64,000 nucleotides of DNA, taken from Rhodospirillales bacterium (GTDB taxonomy: Bacteria; Pseudomonadota; Alphaproteobacteria; Acetobacterales; Acetobacteraceae). Every line of letters begins with the position of its first letter. Position 1 is the first letter of the stretch. Where the stretch lies: NCBI GenBank assembly GCA_037445025.1, contig JBBILI010000018.1, positions 4,705-68,704 on the forward strand, in the 5' to 3' direction. The notes beneath the pieces were generated by a model, which made no database searches, was not told the origin of the DNA, and saw only the letters and a list, made by a program, of their open reading frames with translations. The translations under genes were made by a program, and so were the position numbers. This document shows positions 8,526 to 17,602 of this stretch, in pieces.

Positions 8526-9179
8526 ATGCGAGGCATGAACAGACGCGCCCTGCTCGCCATGATGGCCCTGCTGCCGGTTGCCGCCCAGGCGCAACCGGCC
8601 GCCTCGAAACCCTTTGTGCCCACGGCGCAGGACAAGGCGGACCTCGCCCGTGTCGAGGCCTATCTCAACACGCTGCGCAGCTTCCGCGCCCGCTTCCTGC
8701 AGGTCGCCCCGGATGGCGCCACGTCGGAAGGCAACGCCTGGCTGCAGCGCCCGGGCCGGCTGCGCTTCGAATACGACAAGCCGACGCCCGACCTGCTGGT
8801 GGCCGGCTTCGGCTCCGCCGTGTGGTTCGACAGCCAGCTCAAACAGACCACCTCGGTCCCGCTCACCACCACCCCGCTCGGCATCCTGCTGTCTGACACG
8901 ATCCGGCTCAGCGGCGACGTCACCGTCACCGGCATCACCCGCGCGCCCGGCGAGCTCGACATCGCGATGGTTCGCACCAGCGCACCCGGCGACGGCAGCC
9001 TCACCTTGGTGTTCAACGACCAGCCCCTGGTGCTCAGGCAATGGTCGGTCACCGACCAGCAGCGCCAGGACACACGGGTCAGCCTGTTCAACCTCGAACC
9101 CGGCGGCACATTCGCGGCAAGCCTGTTCCAGTTCAACGACCCGCGCCTGCGCCAGCCCGACCAGGGCCAAGGAAACTGA
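8526..9179 (+). CDS. lolA: Outer-membrane lipoprotein carrier protein LolA-like
   Basis: Signal peptide MNRRALLAMMALLPVAAQA, then 'LRSFRARFLQV...GNAWLQRPGRLRFEY'. The start could be ATG 8526 or 8535. Confidence 0.75.
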   Translation: MRGMNRRALLAMMALLPVAAQAQPAASKPFVPTAQDKADLARVEAYLNTLRSFRARFLQVAPDGATSEGNAWLQRPGRLRFEYDKPTPDLLVAGFGSAVWFDSQLKQTTSVPLTTTPLGILLSDTIRLSGDVTVTGITRAPGELDIAMVRTSAPGDGSLTLVFNDQPLVLRQWSVTDQQRQDTRVSLFNLEPGGTFAASLFQFNDPRLRQPDQGQGN

Positions 9180-9293
9180 GACACGGCGCAGAACCCCGGG
9201 ACTGACGTAAAACCGCCACATGGCGATGGAATTTCAAGGCCTGATTCAGACTTTCACCTTTATTTTGGCGTGATTCTCACGGACGATGGCGTC

Positions 9294-10067
9294 ATGAAAC
9301 CGTTGATCGGCATTTCCTGCTGCACAAAGTTCTTCGGCACGTTCGGCATGCCCAACCATGCCGCGTCCGACACCTATATCCGCGCCACCGACAAGGTGGT
9401 GGGCGGCATCCCGGTGCTGCTGCCCGCCAACGGCGCCCGCGCGGATATCGACGGGCTGATCAGCCGGCTCGACGGCATCATCCTCACCGGCAGCCGCTCC
9501 AACGTGGAACCCCGCCTGTATGACGGGCCGGACCATCTCGAAGGCACCCCCGAGGATCACGCCCGCGACGCCACCACCCTGCCGCTGATCCGCGCGGCCA
9601 TGGCCGCCGGCGTGCCGCTGCTGGCCATCTGCCGCGGCCTGCAGGAATTCAACGTCGCCCTCGGCGGCAGCCTCCACCAGCGCCTGCAGGACCTGCCGGA
9701 CCGGATGGACCACTCAACCCCCATGCAGCCCAACCCGCGCATGCGCACCGGCAAGGCGCACAGCCTGCGCGTGGAGCCGGGCTCCTGGCTGCACCGCGTG
9801 TCCGGGCAGACCACCATCGCGGTGAACTCCCTGCACAACCAGGGCATCGACCGGCTGGCCCCCGGCCTGGTCGCCGAAGGCGTGGCGCCGGACGGCACCA
9901 TCGAGGCAATCCGCTGCGTCACCTGCCCGGGTTTCGCCGTGGGCGTGCAGTGGCATCCGGAATATGATTTCGAGACGGATGCCGTCTCCGCCGCCATCTT
10001 CGCCGAATTCGGCCGCATCGTGGTGGCGCGCAGCCGGGCTTCGCTGGGCTCACTGGCGGCGGATTGA
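9294..10067 (+). CDS. Gamma-glutamyl-GABA hydrolase-like class I glutamine amidotransferase (peptidase C26, PuuD family)
   Basis: 'ILTGSRSNVEP...LLAICRGLQEFNVALGGSL...NSLHNQGID...GVQWHPEY' with the catalytic Cys-His context. Confidence 0.85.
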   Translation: MKPLIGISCCTKFFGTFGMPNHAASDTYIRATDKVVGGIPVLLPANGARADIDGLISRLDGIILTGSRSNVEPRLYDGPDHLEGTPEDHARDATTLPLIRAAMAAGVPLLAICRGLQEFNVALGGSLHQRLQDLPDRMDHSTPMQPNPRMRTGKAHSLRVEPGSWLHRVSGQTTIAVNSLHNQGIDRLAPGLVAEGVAPDGTIEAIRCVTCPGFAVGVQWHPEYDFETDAVSAAIFAEFGRIVVARSRASLGSLAAD

Positions 10068-10117
10068 GCCGGGGGGCGGTTCCGTCCTAGGCTCGCCTGG
10101 GGAACAAGGAACCGTCC

Positions 10118-10897
10118 ATGAGCGAGCTGATCCGCGTCGACATCCATGCCGGATATCGCGTCGTCGCACTCAACCGCGCCGACAAGATGAACGCGCTGAC
10201 CCCGGACCTCATCGACGGCCTCATCGCGGCGCTCGACGACGCCGAGGCCGACATCACCTGCCGTGCCCTGCTGCTCACCGGCACCGGCCGCGCCTTCTGC
10301 GCCGGCGCCGACCTCGCCGGCATCGCGCCCGACCGGGATCTCGGGGCCGCGATCGAGCGCAGCTGGAACCCGCTGGCCCGCAAGTTCCACCACCTGCGCA
10401 TGCCCAGCGTGGCCGCGGTCAACGGCGTGGCCGCCGGCGCCGGCGCCAACCTGGCGCTGGGCTGTGACATCATCCTCGCAGCCACCTCCGCCAGCTTCAT
10501 CCAGGCGTTTTCCAAGATCGGCCTCATCCCCGATGCCGGCGGCACCTATCATCTGCCCCGCCTCGTCGGCGAAGGCCGCGCCCGCGCGCTCGCCATGCTG
10601 GCCGAGCCGGTGGCCGCCGACCGTGCCGAGGCGATGGGCATGATCTACCGTGCCGTGCCCGATGACACGCTGATGGACGAGGCCCACGCCCTGGCCGCCC
10701 GCCTCGCCGTCCTGCCCACCCAGGCGCTGCTGCTGACCCGCGAGGCCTACGCCGCCAGCAACACCAACAGCTTCGACCAGCAGCTCGACCTCGAACGCGA
10801 CCTGCAGCGCAAGGCCGGCTTCACCGCCGACTTCCAGGAAGGCGTGCGGGCGTTCCTGGAGAAGCGCAAACCTGTGTTCAACGGCCAAAAGGCATGA
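10118..10897 (+). CDS. paaG: Enoyl-CoA hydratase/isomerase, PaaG-like
   Basis: 'VALNRADKMNAL...LLLTGTGRAFCAGADL...AAVNGVAAGAGANLAL' crotonase fold. ATGA overlap with paaI and the paaI-paaK context. Confidence 0.8.
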   Translation: MSELIRVDIHAGYRVVALNRADKMNALTPDLIDGLIAALDDAEADITCRALLLTGTGRAFCAGADLAGIAPDRDLGAAIERSWNPLARKFHHLRMPSVAAVNGVAAGAGANLALGCDIILAATSASFIQAFSKIGLIPDAGGTYHLPRLVGEGRARALAMLAEPVAADRAEAMGMIYRAVPDDTLMDEAHALAARLAVLPTQALLLTREAYAASNTNSFDQQLDLERDLQRKAGFTADFQEGVRAFLEKRKPVFNGQKA

Positions 10898-11325
10898 CGC
10901 CGGAGGAACTGGCCCGCGCCTGCGCCGCCGCGATGTGGGAGAACGACCACGCCACCCGCGGCCTCGGCATCACGCTGGACCATGTCGCCCCCCACACCGC
11001 GCGGCTCGGCATGGTCGTGCAGCCGACGATGGTGAACGGCCACGGGATGTGCCATGGCGGGTTTCTGTTCACCCTGGCCGATTCCGCCTTCGCCTTTGCC
11101 TGCAACAGCGCCAACCAGCGCGCCGTCGCGGCGCAATGCAGCGTGTTTTTCCTCGCCCCCGCCCGGCTCGGCGACCATCTCGTCGCCACCGCCGCACGCC
11201 GCAGCGAGGCCGGCCGCAGCGGGATCTACGATGTCACCGTGGCAACCGACACCGGCACCCTCATCGCCGAGTTCCGCGGCCAGTCCCGCACCATCGGCCA
11301 GACCTTCTTCCCGGACCTGCCATGA
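10894..11325 (+). CDS. paaI: Hydroxyphenylacetyl-CoA thioesterase PaaI
   Basis: 'NGHGMCHGGFLFTLADSAFAFACNS' hot-dog thioesterase motif; ATGA-coupled on both sides. Confidence 0.88.
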   Translation: MTPEELARACAAAMWENDHATRGLGITLDHVAPHTARLGMVVQPTMVNGHGMCHGGFLFTLADSAFAFACNSANQRAVAAQCSVFFLAPARLGDHLVATAARRSEAGRSGIYDVTVATDTGTLIAEFRGQSRTIGQTFFPDLP

Positions 11326-12635
11326 CCCTGCCCGACCTGCTGCCTGACCCCTGGCTGATCGAGCCGATGGAACGCGCCTCGCGCGACGCCATCACCGCCC
11401 ACCAGTCCCGGCGCCTCGCCTGGACCCTGCGCCACGCCTACGACCACGTGCCGCATTACCGCCAGGCGTTCGACGCCGCCGGCGTGCACCCCGACGATTT
11501 CCACGGCATCGACGACCTGGCGAAATTCCCCTTCACCACCAAGGCCCACCTGCGCGCCAACTACCCGTTCGGCATGTTCGCCGTGCCGCGCGAACAGGTG
11601 GCGCGCATCCACGCCTCCTCCGGCACCACCGGCAAACCCACCGTCGTCGGCTACACCCAAGGCGACATCGACACCTGGGCCCATCTGATGGCCCGCTCCA
11701 TCCGCGCCGCGGGCGGCAGGCCCGGCATGCGAGTGCACGTGGCCTACGGCTACGGCCTGTTCACCGGCGGGCTCGGCGCGCATTACGGCGTGGAGAAGCT
11801 CGGCTGCACCGTCATCCCCGTCTCCGGCGGGCAAACGGAACGCCAGGTGCAGCTGATCCGGGATTTCGAACCGGACCTCATCATGGTCACCCCCAGCTAT
11901 ATGCTGGCCATCCTCGACGCGTTCCACACGGCGGGCCTCGACCCGCGGGCGACCACGCTGAAGGCTGGCATCTTCGGCGCCGAACCCTGGACGGAGGCGA
12001 TGCGCGGCGAGATCGAATCCAGCTTCAACATGCATGCCGTCGACATCTACGGCCTCTCCGAGGTGATGGGCCCCGGCGTCGCCCAGGAATGCGTGGAGAC
12101 CAAGGACGGGCTGCATATCTGGGAAGATTACTTCTACCCCGAGATCATCGACCCCGAGACCGGCGCCGTGCTGCCGGACGGCGAGATGGGCGAGCTCGTT
12201 TTCACCTCGCTGGCCAAGGAGGCGATGCCGATCATCCGCTACCGCACCCGCGACCTCACCCGCCTGTTGCCCGGCACCGCGCGCACCATGCGCCGCATGG
12301 CCAAGATCACCGGCCGGTCGGACGACATGCTGATCGTGCGCGGCGTCAACATCTTCCCGACCCAGATCGAGGAGCTCGTGCTGGAAATGGAGGCGCTCTC
12401 CGGCCACTACCTCATCGAACTCACTCGCGAAGGCCGGCTCGACGAGATGATTGTGCATGTCGAGGCCCGGCCCGACCATTTTGCTGGCGGGCTGGACGAC
12501 GTGGCGTCCGTTCTGGCGGCACGGATCAAGGACCGTATCGGCAGTTCGGCGCGCATCGTTGTGGCGGCCCCTGGCAGCCTGGAGCGCTCGGTCGGCAAGG
12601 CGCGGCGGGTGGTGGATCGGCGGCCACGCGGCTGA
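11322..12635 (+). CDS. paaK: Phenylacetate-CoA ligase
   Basis: 'VPHYRQAFDAAGV...FPFTTKAHLRANYPFGMFAVP...IHASSGTTGKPTVVGYT'. ATG 11322 overlaps the paaI stop. The track ORF N-terminus (10935) is an out-of-frame read through paaI. Confidence 0.93.
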   Translation: MTLPDLLPDPWLIEPMERASRDAITAHQSRRLAWTLRHAYDHVPHYRQAFDAAGVHPDDFHGIDDLAKFPFTTKAHLRANYPFGMFAVPREQVARIHASSGTTGKPTVVGYTQGDIDTWAHLMARSIRAAGGRPGMRVHVAYGYGLFTGGLGAHYGVEKLGCTVIPVSGGQTERQVQLIRDFEPDLIMVTPSYMLAILDAFHTAGLDPRATTLKAGIFGAEPWTEAMRGEIESSFNMHAVDIYGLSEVMGPGVAQECVETKDGLHIWEDYFYPEIIDPETGAVLPDGEMGELVFTSLAKEAMPIIRYRTRDLTRLLPGTARTMRRMAKITGRSDDMLIVRGVNIFPTQIEELVLEMEALSGHYLIELTREGRLDEMIVHVEARPDHFAGGLDDVASVLAARIKDRIGSSARIVVAAPGSLERSVGKARRVVDRRPRG

Positions 12636-12664
12636 GCCTTGCTCTGTGGCGACGGCCGTGAAAG

Positions 12665-12774
12665 GTGAACCGCCAAGGCGCCAAGACGCCAAGAGTCATT
12701 GGAGAAAGGAAGCCCGCGCGCAGACCAAATGCTGTCTCTCAAACCTTCTTAGCGCCTTGGCGCCTTGGCGGTTC
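12665..12774. repeat. Long inverted repeat built from tandem 8-mers (GCCAAGGC-like), about 30-bp arms around a 49-nt centre
   Basis: Left arm TGAACC-GCCAAGGC-GCCAAGAC-GCCAAGAG. The reverse complement of the right arm reads TGAACC-GCCAAGGC-GCCAAGGC-GCTAAGAAG. It lies in the paaK/dipeptidase intergenic gap. Confidence 0.8.
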
Positions 12775-12844
12775 AACTTTCTAAAACCGCCTCCCAGGAT
12801 CAACGGCGCTTGACCGAACCGCCCCACCCCCGCACCCTCGCACG

Positions 12845-13849
12845 ATGATCGATCCCGCAGCCCTGCACCGCTCCCTTCTCACCGTCGACACCCATATCGA
12901 CATTCCCTGGCCCGAAGGCCCCGCCTTCACCGACAGCACCAAGCGCCGCGTCGATCTGCCGAAGATGCAGCAAGGCCACCTCGTCGCCGGCTGCTTCGCC
13001 GCCTATGTGCCGCAGACCCCGCGCACGCCCGAAGGCCATGGCGGCGCCTATGTGCGCGCCATCGCCATGCTCGACTTCATCAACACCATGGGACAGGGCA
13101 AGGCCCGCGTCTGCAGCACCGTCGATGCCATCGAGAAGGCGCACCGCGCCGGCGCCACCGTCATCATCCCCTGCGTCGAGAACGGCCACGCGCTCGGCGG
13201 CGAGCCCGCCCGCATCGCCGAATTCGCCAAGCGCGGCGCGCGCTACATGACGCTGACCCATAACGGCCACAACGCGCTGGCCGACAGCTCCAATCCCCGC
13301 GCCGATCTCGGCGACGGCGAAAAGCTGCACGGCGGCCTCTCCGCCCTCGGCCGCGAGGCGATCCTGGAGATGAACCGCAACGCCATGGTGGTCGATATCG
13401 CCCACGTGTCGAAGGCCTCGATGCTGCAGGCGGCCCAGGCGTCGCGCACACCGGTGATGTCGACGCATTCCTGCATCAAGGCGCTGTGCGACAATCTCCG
13501 CAACCTCGACGACGAACAGCTCGACGCGCTGCGCGATGTCGGCGGCATGGTCAACATCACCGCCGTGTCAGGCTTCCTCAAGGCCGGCGCCAAGCCGGAG
13601 CAGGTGACGCTGTCCGATTACGTCGATCACGTGGAGTACGCGGTGAACCGCATCGGCCTCGCCCATGTCGGGATTTCATCGGATTTCGACGGCGGCGGCG
13701 GCTTCACCGGATGGCGCGACATCTCCGACAGCGCGGGCATGACGGCAGAGCTGGTCGCGCGGGGATACGATGCGCAGGCGATCGCGGCGCTGTGGGGGGG
13801 GAATTTTCTGCGGATCCTGCGTGCGGCGGAGGTGGCGGCAAGCAGGTAG
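12845..13849 (+). CDS. Membrane dipeptidase (peptidase M19 family)
   Basis: 'TVDTHIDIPW...VENGHALGG...RYMTLTHNGHNALADSS...VVDIAHVS...MSTHS...ISSDFDGGGG' M19 metal-ligand pattern. Confidence 0.88.
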   Translation: MIDPAALHRSLLTVDTHIDIPWPEGPAFTDSTKRRVDLPKMQQGHLVAGCFAAYVPQTPRTPEGHGGAYVRAIAMLDFINTMGQGKARVCSTVDAIEKAHRAGATVIIPCVENGHALGGEPARIAEFAKRGARYMTLTHNGHNALADSSNPRADLGDGEKLHGGLSALGREAILEMNRNAMVVDIAHVSKASMLQAAQASRTPVMSTHSCIKALCDNLRNLDDEQLDALRDVGGMVNITAVSGFLKAGAKPEQVTLSDYVDHVEYAVNRIGLAHVGISSDFDGGGGFTGWRDISDSAGMTAELVARGYDAQAIAALWGGNFLRILRAAEVAASR

Positions 13850-13969
13850 GCAAGCGGTTCTTTTTTGAAAAAAAGAACCAAAAAACATTCACTCGGCTGG
13901 CGCGCCTCACCGGAGAGGCACGCACCCAACGGATGAAAGTCTTTTGCTTCTTTTCTTCAGAAAAGAAGC
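13848..13969. repeat. Composite AT-rich hairpin element (type A hairpin, 67-nt core, inverted type B hairpin; MITE-like)
   Basis: GGTTCTTTTT-TGAA-AAAAAGAACC at 13856-13879. CTTCTTTTC-TTCA-GAAAAGAAG at 13947-13968. The core contains TCACCGGAGAGG. It exactly fills the gap between the convergent stops at 13849 and 13972. Confidence 0.9.
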
Positions 13970-13971
13970 GC

Positions 13972-14505
13972 TTAAGCCCGCGCCAGCCAGGGCAGCATCC
14001 GCCGCAGCACGCCATCCTTCCAGAAATAGTGATGCGCCAGCGCCGCCGCCGCATGCAGCCCGGCCAGGATCAAAATCCCGTTGGCCGCCAGCGCATGCAC
14101 GCTGCCCACCAGCTGGCGCAACGGCTTGTCGTTCGCCGCGAAGGCCGGCAACCGGCCAAGATTGAGAATGTTGTCGCCCCGCGCGAACGTATAGGCCACG
14201 CCGGCCACCAGAACCGTCACCATCAGCGCATACAAGGCGTGATGCACCACCTGCGCCGCAAGCTGCTTCACCCCGGTCTCGGCCGGCGGCAGGCGGCGGC
14301 CGCTGGTCATGCGCCAGACGATCCGCGCCGCAATCAGGCCGATCAACGCCACGCCGAGCAGAATATGCACCGAACGTGCATAGATCCGCGCCGCGCCCGT
14401 GAAATCATCGATGAACTGCGGAATCAGCCACATCACCGCAACGGTCGCCGCCGAGATCCAGTGAAACACAATGGTGCGACGATCATACTGCAAAGAGGAG
14501 GACAT
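13972..14505 (-). CDS. Cytochrome b561 family protein
   Basis: Four-TM protein with conserved His residues (FHWISA...SVHILLG...HHALYALM...HAAAALAHH). Start at MSSSLQ (ATG 14505), 10 nt after the mbfA stop. Confidence 0.8.
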   Translation of the reverse strand: MSSSLQYDRRTIVFHWISAATVAVMWLIPQFIDDFTGAARIYARSVHILLGVALIGLIAARIVWRMTSGRRLPPAETGVKQLAAQVVHHALYALMVTVLVAGVAYTFARGDNILNLGRLPAFAANDKPLRQLVGSVHALAANGILILAGLHAAAALAHHYFWKDGVLRRMLPWLARA

Positions 14506-14515
14506 ACAGAAACCT

Positions 14516-15472
14516 TCAGCTGTTGCCGATAAGAATGCCGGTCGCGAACACAAGTGCGCCGCCGAAGCCCACTTGCAAGGCCGCCGACAGCGGCGGCGTG
14601 TCCATGAACTTCCAGCGGATCCAGCTGATGATGCCGAGCTCGACGATCACCACCGCGATCGCGGTCGCCAACGCCGTATGGAAGTTCGGGATCAAAAACG
14701 GCAGCGTGTGGCCGATACCGCCCAGCGTGGTCATCAGCCCGCAGATAACACCGCGAATCCACGGCGCGCCACGCCCGGTGAGCGAACCGTTGTCCGACAA
14801 CGCCTCGGCGAACCCCATCGAGATGCCGGCACCGAGCGATGCCGCCATGCCGACCAGGAATGCGTCCCAGCTCTGACCGGTGGCGAACACGGTGGCGAAC
14901 ACCGGCGCGAGCGTGGAGACCGAGCCGTCCATCAGCCCGGCCAGACCGGGCTGGATGAAGCGCAGCACGAACATGCGCCGCTCGGCATCCTCCTCGCCCT
15001 GCTTCACCGTCTCCGGCACATTCGCCTCCACCAGCTGGTCGGCGATGTGCTCATGGCCCACCTCCGCCTCGGCCAGATCGCCGAGCAGCTTGCGGACCGC
15101 GGCATCGGTGGTACGGCTGGCGGCCTGGCGATAGAAATTCGCTGTCTCGGTCTCCATGATCTGCGCCTGGCGCCGGACCGTGTCCACGCCCAGCGCCGTC
15201 GCCTGCCAGACCGGCTTGCGGCTGACGAACCCCTTCACGTCCTGCCGGCGCACCAGCGGGATGTGGTTGCCGAACTTCTCGACGAACAGATCGATCAGCC
15301 GGCGGCGATGCTCGCCCTCCTCGGTCGCCATCTCGCTGAACACGCGGGCCGACGCCGGGTAATCCGCCCGCAGCGATTCCGCGAAATCGGCGTAGACGCG
15401 GCCATCCTCCTCCTCGGAGCTGATCGCCAGGGCCAGGACTTCCTTCTCGGACAATTCATCGAAGTTGCGCAT
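14516..15472 (-). CDS. mbfA: Membrane-bound ferritin-like / VIT1 (CCC1) iron exporter MbfA
   Basis: N-terminal erythrin/ferritin-like domain ([12 protein letters not shown]...[13 protein letters not shown]) fused to a C-terminal VIT1 membrane domain. Start at MRNFDEL (ATG 15472). Confidence 0.85.
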   Translation of the reverse strand: MRNFDELSEKEVLALAISSEEEDGRVYADFAESLRADYPASARVFSEMATEEGEHRRRLIDLFVEKFGNHIPLVRRQDVKGFVSRKPVWQATALGVDTVRRQAQIMETETANFYRQAASRTTDAAVRKLLGDLAEAEVGHEHIADQLVEANVPETVKQGEEDAERRMFVLRFIQPGLAGLMDGSVSTLAPVFATVFATGQSWDAFLVGMAASLGAGISMGFAEALSDNGSLTGRGAPWIRGVICGLMTTLGGIGHTLPFLIPNFHTALATAIAVVIVELGIISWIRWKFMDTPPLSAALQVGFGGALVFATGILIGNS

Positions 15473-15538
15473 CGTGATCTCTCCACTCAGGCCGCCGCAT
15501 ATAGGCCGCCGAAGTGGCAACGATCAAGTCGCAATCGA

Positions 15539-15560
15539 AATAATGCGAATGCTTCGCAAC
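15539..15560. promoter_or_regulatory. Candidate iron-responsive operator upstream of mbfA (palindrome TGCGAA-TGC-TTCGCA)
   Basis: Perfect 6-3-6 inverted repeat at 15544-15558 within AATAATGCGAATGCTTCGC. It matches 12 of 19 positions of the E. coli Fur-box consensus and shares the GAA-N3-TTC core of the Irr ICE motif. Confidence 0.3.
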
Positions 15561-15574
15561 TGCGAAGAAGCACG

Positions 15575-16813
15575 TTACGGCGCGTAATCCGCGGCCGTGA
15601 TCGCAGGCGTCCGCCCCGCCACCAGGTCGGACAGCAGCGCCGCACTGCCCGCCGCCAGGGTGAAGCCGAGCGCGCCATGACCGAGGTTCAGCAGCAGATT
15701 TCCCACCCGCGACGGCCCGATCTGCGGCAGGCCAGTGGGCGAGGCCGGGCGCTGGCCCGACCAGGGCTGCAGATCCGTCTCGGCACAGGCGCCGGGAAAG
15801 ATCGCCTGTAGCGCGCGCGACAGGCTCTCGGCCCGCGCCGGCAGCACCGACGCATCGGCGCCGCCGATCTCGGCGAACCCCGCCACCCGCAGCCGCCCGC
15901 CCAGCGGCGCATAGACGGTCTTGCGCGCCGTGTCGGTGATGCTGCGCACCGGCGCGCGGTTGCTCGCCAGAATCGGTGCGGAGATGGAATAGCCGCGGAT
16001 CGGCTGCACCGCCACCGCCACCCCCGCCCTGCGCCCCAGCGCCCGGCTGCCGACCCCGGCGGCGAGCACATAGAGATCGGCCGATATCCGCCCCTCCGCC
16101 AGATCCACGCCTGCCACGCGCCCGGCCGCCATGGCCAGCCTGGCCTCGACGCCCAGGTGAAAGCTCACCCCCCGCCGCGCCAGCCAGGCGTGCAGCCCGA
16201 GGCACAGCTTGCGGCAGTCCCCCACCTCCTCGCCCGGTGTCAGAATTCCGCCGGCCAGACGGTCCGCCACCGACTCCAGCCCCGGCTCCAGCGCCACGCA
16301 CTCCGCAGGCGTCAGCGCGCGCTGCTGTGCGCCCATCGCCGCCTGCAGCACCATCTGCGCCTCGGCCATGCGCTGCGAGGCGGCGGAGGACTGGATGACC
16401 AGCTTGCCGTTGCAGGCATGATCGAAATCGATCCCCGTCTGCGCCGCCATCGCATGCAGCCGCGTCCGGCTCAGCCCCGCCAGCGCCAGCAGCCTGGCTG
16501 TCGTGTCGGCACTGCGCGCATCGGTGCAGGCCTGCAGGAACCGCAGCAGCCAGGCCCACTGGCCCGGATCGAACGACGGCACGTAGCGCACCGGGCTCGC
16601 ACGGTCGAACAGGTAATGCGGCAAGGCCCCCAGCACGGCGGGCGAGGCCATCGGCGCCACATAGCTGTAGGACAGCTGCGCCCCGTTGGCGAAGCTGGCG
16701 CCGCGCCCGACCTCGGGCTCACGCTCGATCACGGTGACCGCATGGCCGTCCTGGGTCAGGCTCCAGGCGGTGGTGAGGCCGACAATGCCGGCGCCGATGA
16801 CAATGATGCGCAT
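15575..16813 (-). CDS. dadA: FAD-dependent D-amino-acid dehydrogenase-like oxidoreductase
   Basis: MRIIVIGAGIVGLTTAW dinucleotide-binding motif; DadA-like length (412 aa); C-terminal 'NLGHGALGFTLAAGSA'. Confidence 0.8.
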   Translation of the reverse strand: MRIIVIGAGIVGLTTAWSLTQDGHAVTVIEREPEVGRGASFANGAQLSYSYVAPMASPAVLGALPHYLFDRASPVRYVPSFDPGQWAWLLRFLQACTDARSADTTARLLALAGLSRTRLHAMAAQTGIDFDHACNGKLVIQSSAASQRMAEAQMVLQAAMGAQQRALTPAECVALEPGLESVADRLAGGILTPGEEVGDCRKLCLGLHAWLARRGVSFHLGVEARLAMAAGRVAGVDLAEGRISADLYVLAAGVGSRALGRRAGVAVAVQPIRGYSISAPILASNRAPVRSITDTARKTVYAPLGGRLRVAGFAEIGGADASVLPARAESLSRALQAIFPGACAETDLQPWSGQRPASPTGLPQIGPSRVGNLLLNLGHGALGFTLAAGSAALLSDLVAGRTPAITAADYAP

Positions 16814-17020
16814 GCAACATCTCCGCATGCGATCTGGGGAGTTTCAAGAGGCGGGCAGACCGCCGCGCAATTCCTGTTGATTTCGCCTCGCCTTCGCCCA
16901 ACTCTCCGACGCACGGCAAGCCAGGGGTTCAGGTCGGCGCTGGCCGACCGGATCTGGCCTTCCGGGACAGGATCGGGGCATTCGGCAGCGGCCGTATCGG
17001 GAAGTTGAGGAGATCAGCAC

Positions 17021-17458
17021 ATGACTGTCGGCGCCGTTCTGAAGAACAAGAACAACAACATCATCTCGGTGGCCCCGACGGCCACCATGCTCGAGGTGGC
17101 CGAGATCATCACCGCGCGGCGTATCGGCGCCGTGCTGGTGCTGGACGGCGCCGGCGGCGTGGCCGGCATCGTCAGCGAACGCGACGTAGCCAAGGGGCTC
17201 GCCCGTCACGGCGCCAAGATTCTCGACATGCAGGCGCAGGACCTGATGACCCGCAGCGTCACCACCGCCACACCGCAGACCACCGTCGACGAAGCCATGT
17301 CGATCATGGATGCCGGCTATTTCCGCCATCTTCCTGTGTTGGAAGAAGGCCGGCTGATCGGCATCATCAGCATCCGCGATCTCGTGAAGTATCGGATCAT
17401 GCTGCACGAACATGACGTCGAAAACCTGAAAGGGTATATCGCCCGCCAGGTCTCCTGA
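17021..17458 (+). CDS. CBS-domain pair protein
   Basis: 145 aa with two CBS repeats ('IGAVLVLDGAGGVAGIVSERDV', 'FRHLPVLEEGRLIGIISIRDL'); GAGGAG RBS. Confidence 0.85.
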   Translation: MTVGAVLKNKNNNIISVAPTATMLEVAEIITARRIGAVLVLDGAGGVAGIVSERDVAKGLARHGAKILDMQAQDLMTRSVTTATPQTTVDEAMSIMDAGYFRHLPVLEEGRLIGIISIRDLVKYRIMLHEHDVENLKGYIARQVS

Positions 17459-17600
17459 GAGCCGATCTCTGAACGCGCCCGTAACGGCCATCTGGCGCGC
17501 GTTTCCTGCGCTCCGGTGCTCATGGCCTCCAGGCCGCTCCGCTCCGGTGCTCGGAAACGCACGCCATCTGACCATTCCGGACACGTTCAGAGACCGGCTC
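17459..17600. repeat. About 140-nt imperfect palindromic element bounded by a 17-bp inverted repeat GAGCCG(A/G)TCTCTGAACG
   Basis: Arms at 17459-17475 and 17584-17600 match at 16 of 17 positions. Inner arms stay partly complementary (CGCGTTTCC / GGAAACGCA). There is an internal direct repeat GCTCCGGTGCTC x2. The element starts 1 nt after the CBS gene stop. Confidence 0.75.
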
Positions 17601-17602
17601 TG

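Noticed and set aside
15456-16559. The 367-aa minus-strand ORF and several plus-strand ORFs overlapping the dadA-like gene.
   Set aside because: They are out of frame with a gene that has a clear FAD-binding N-terminus, and their translations are Gly/Ala/Arg repeats.
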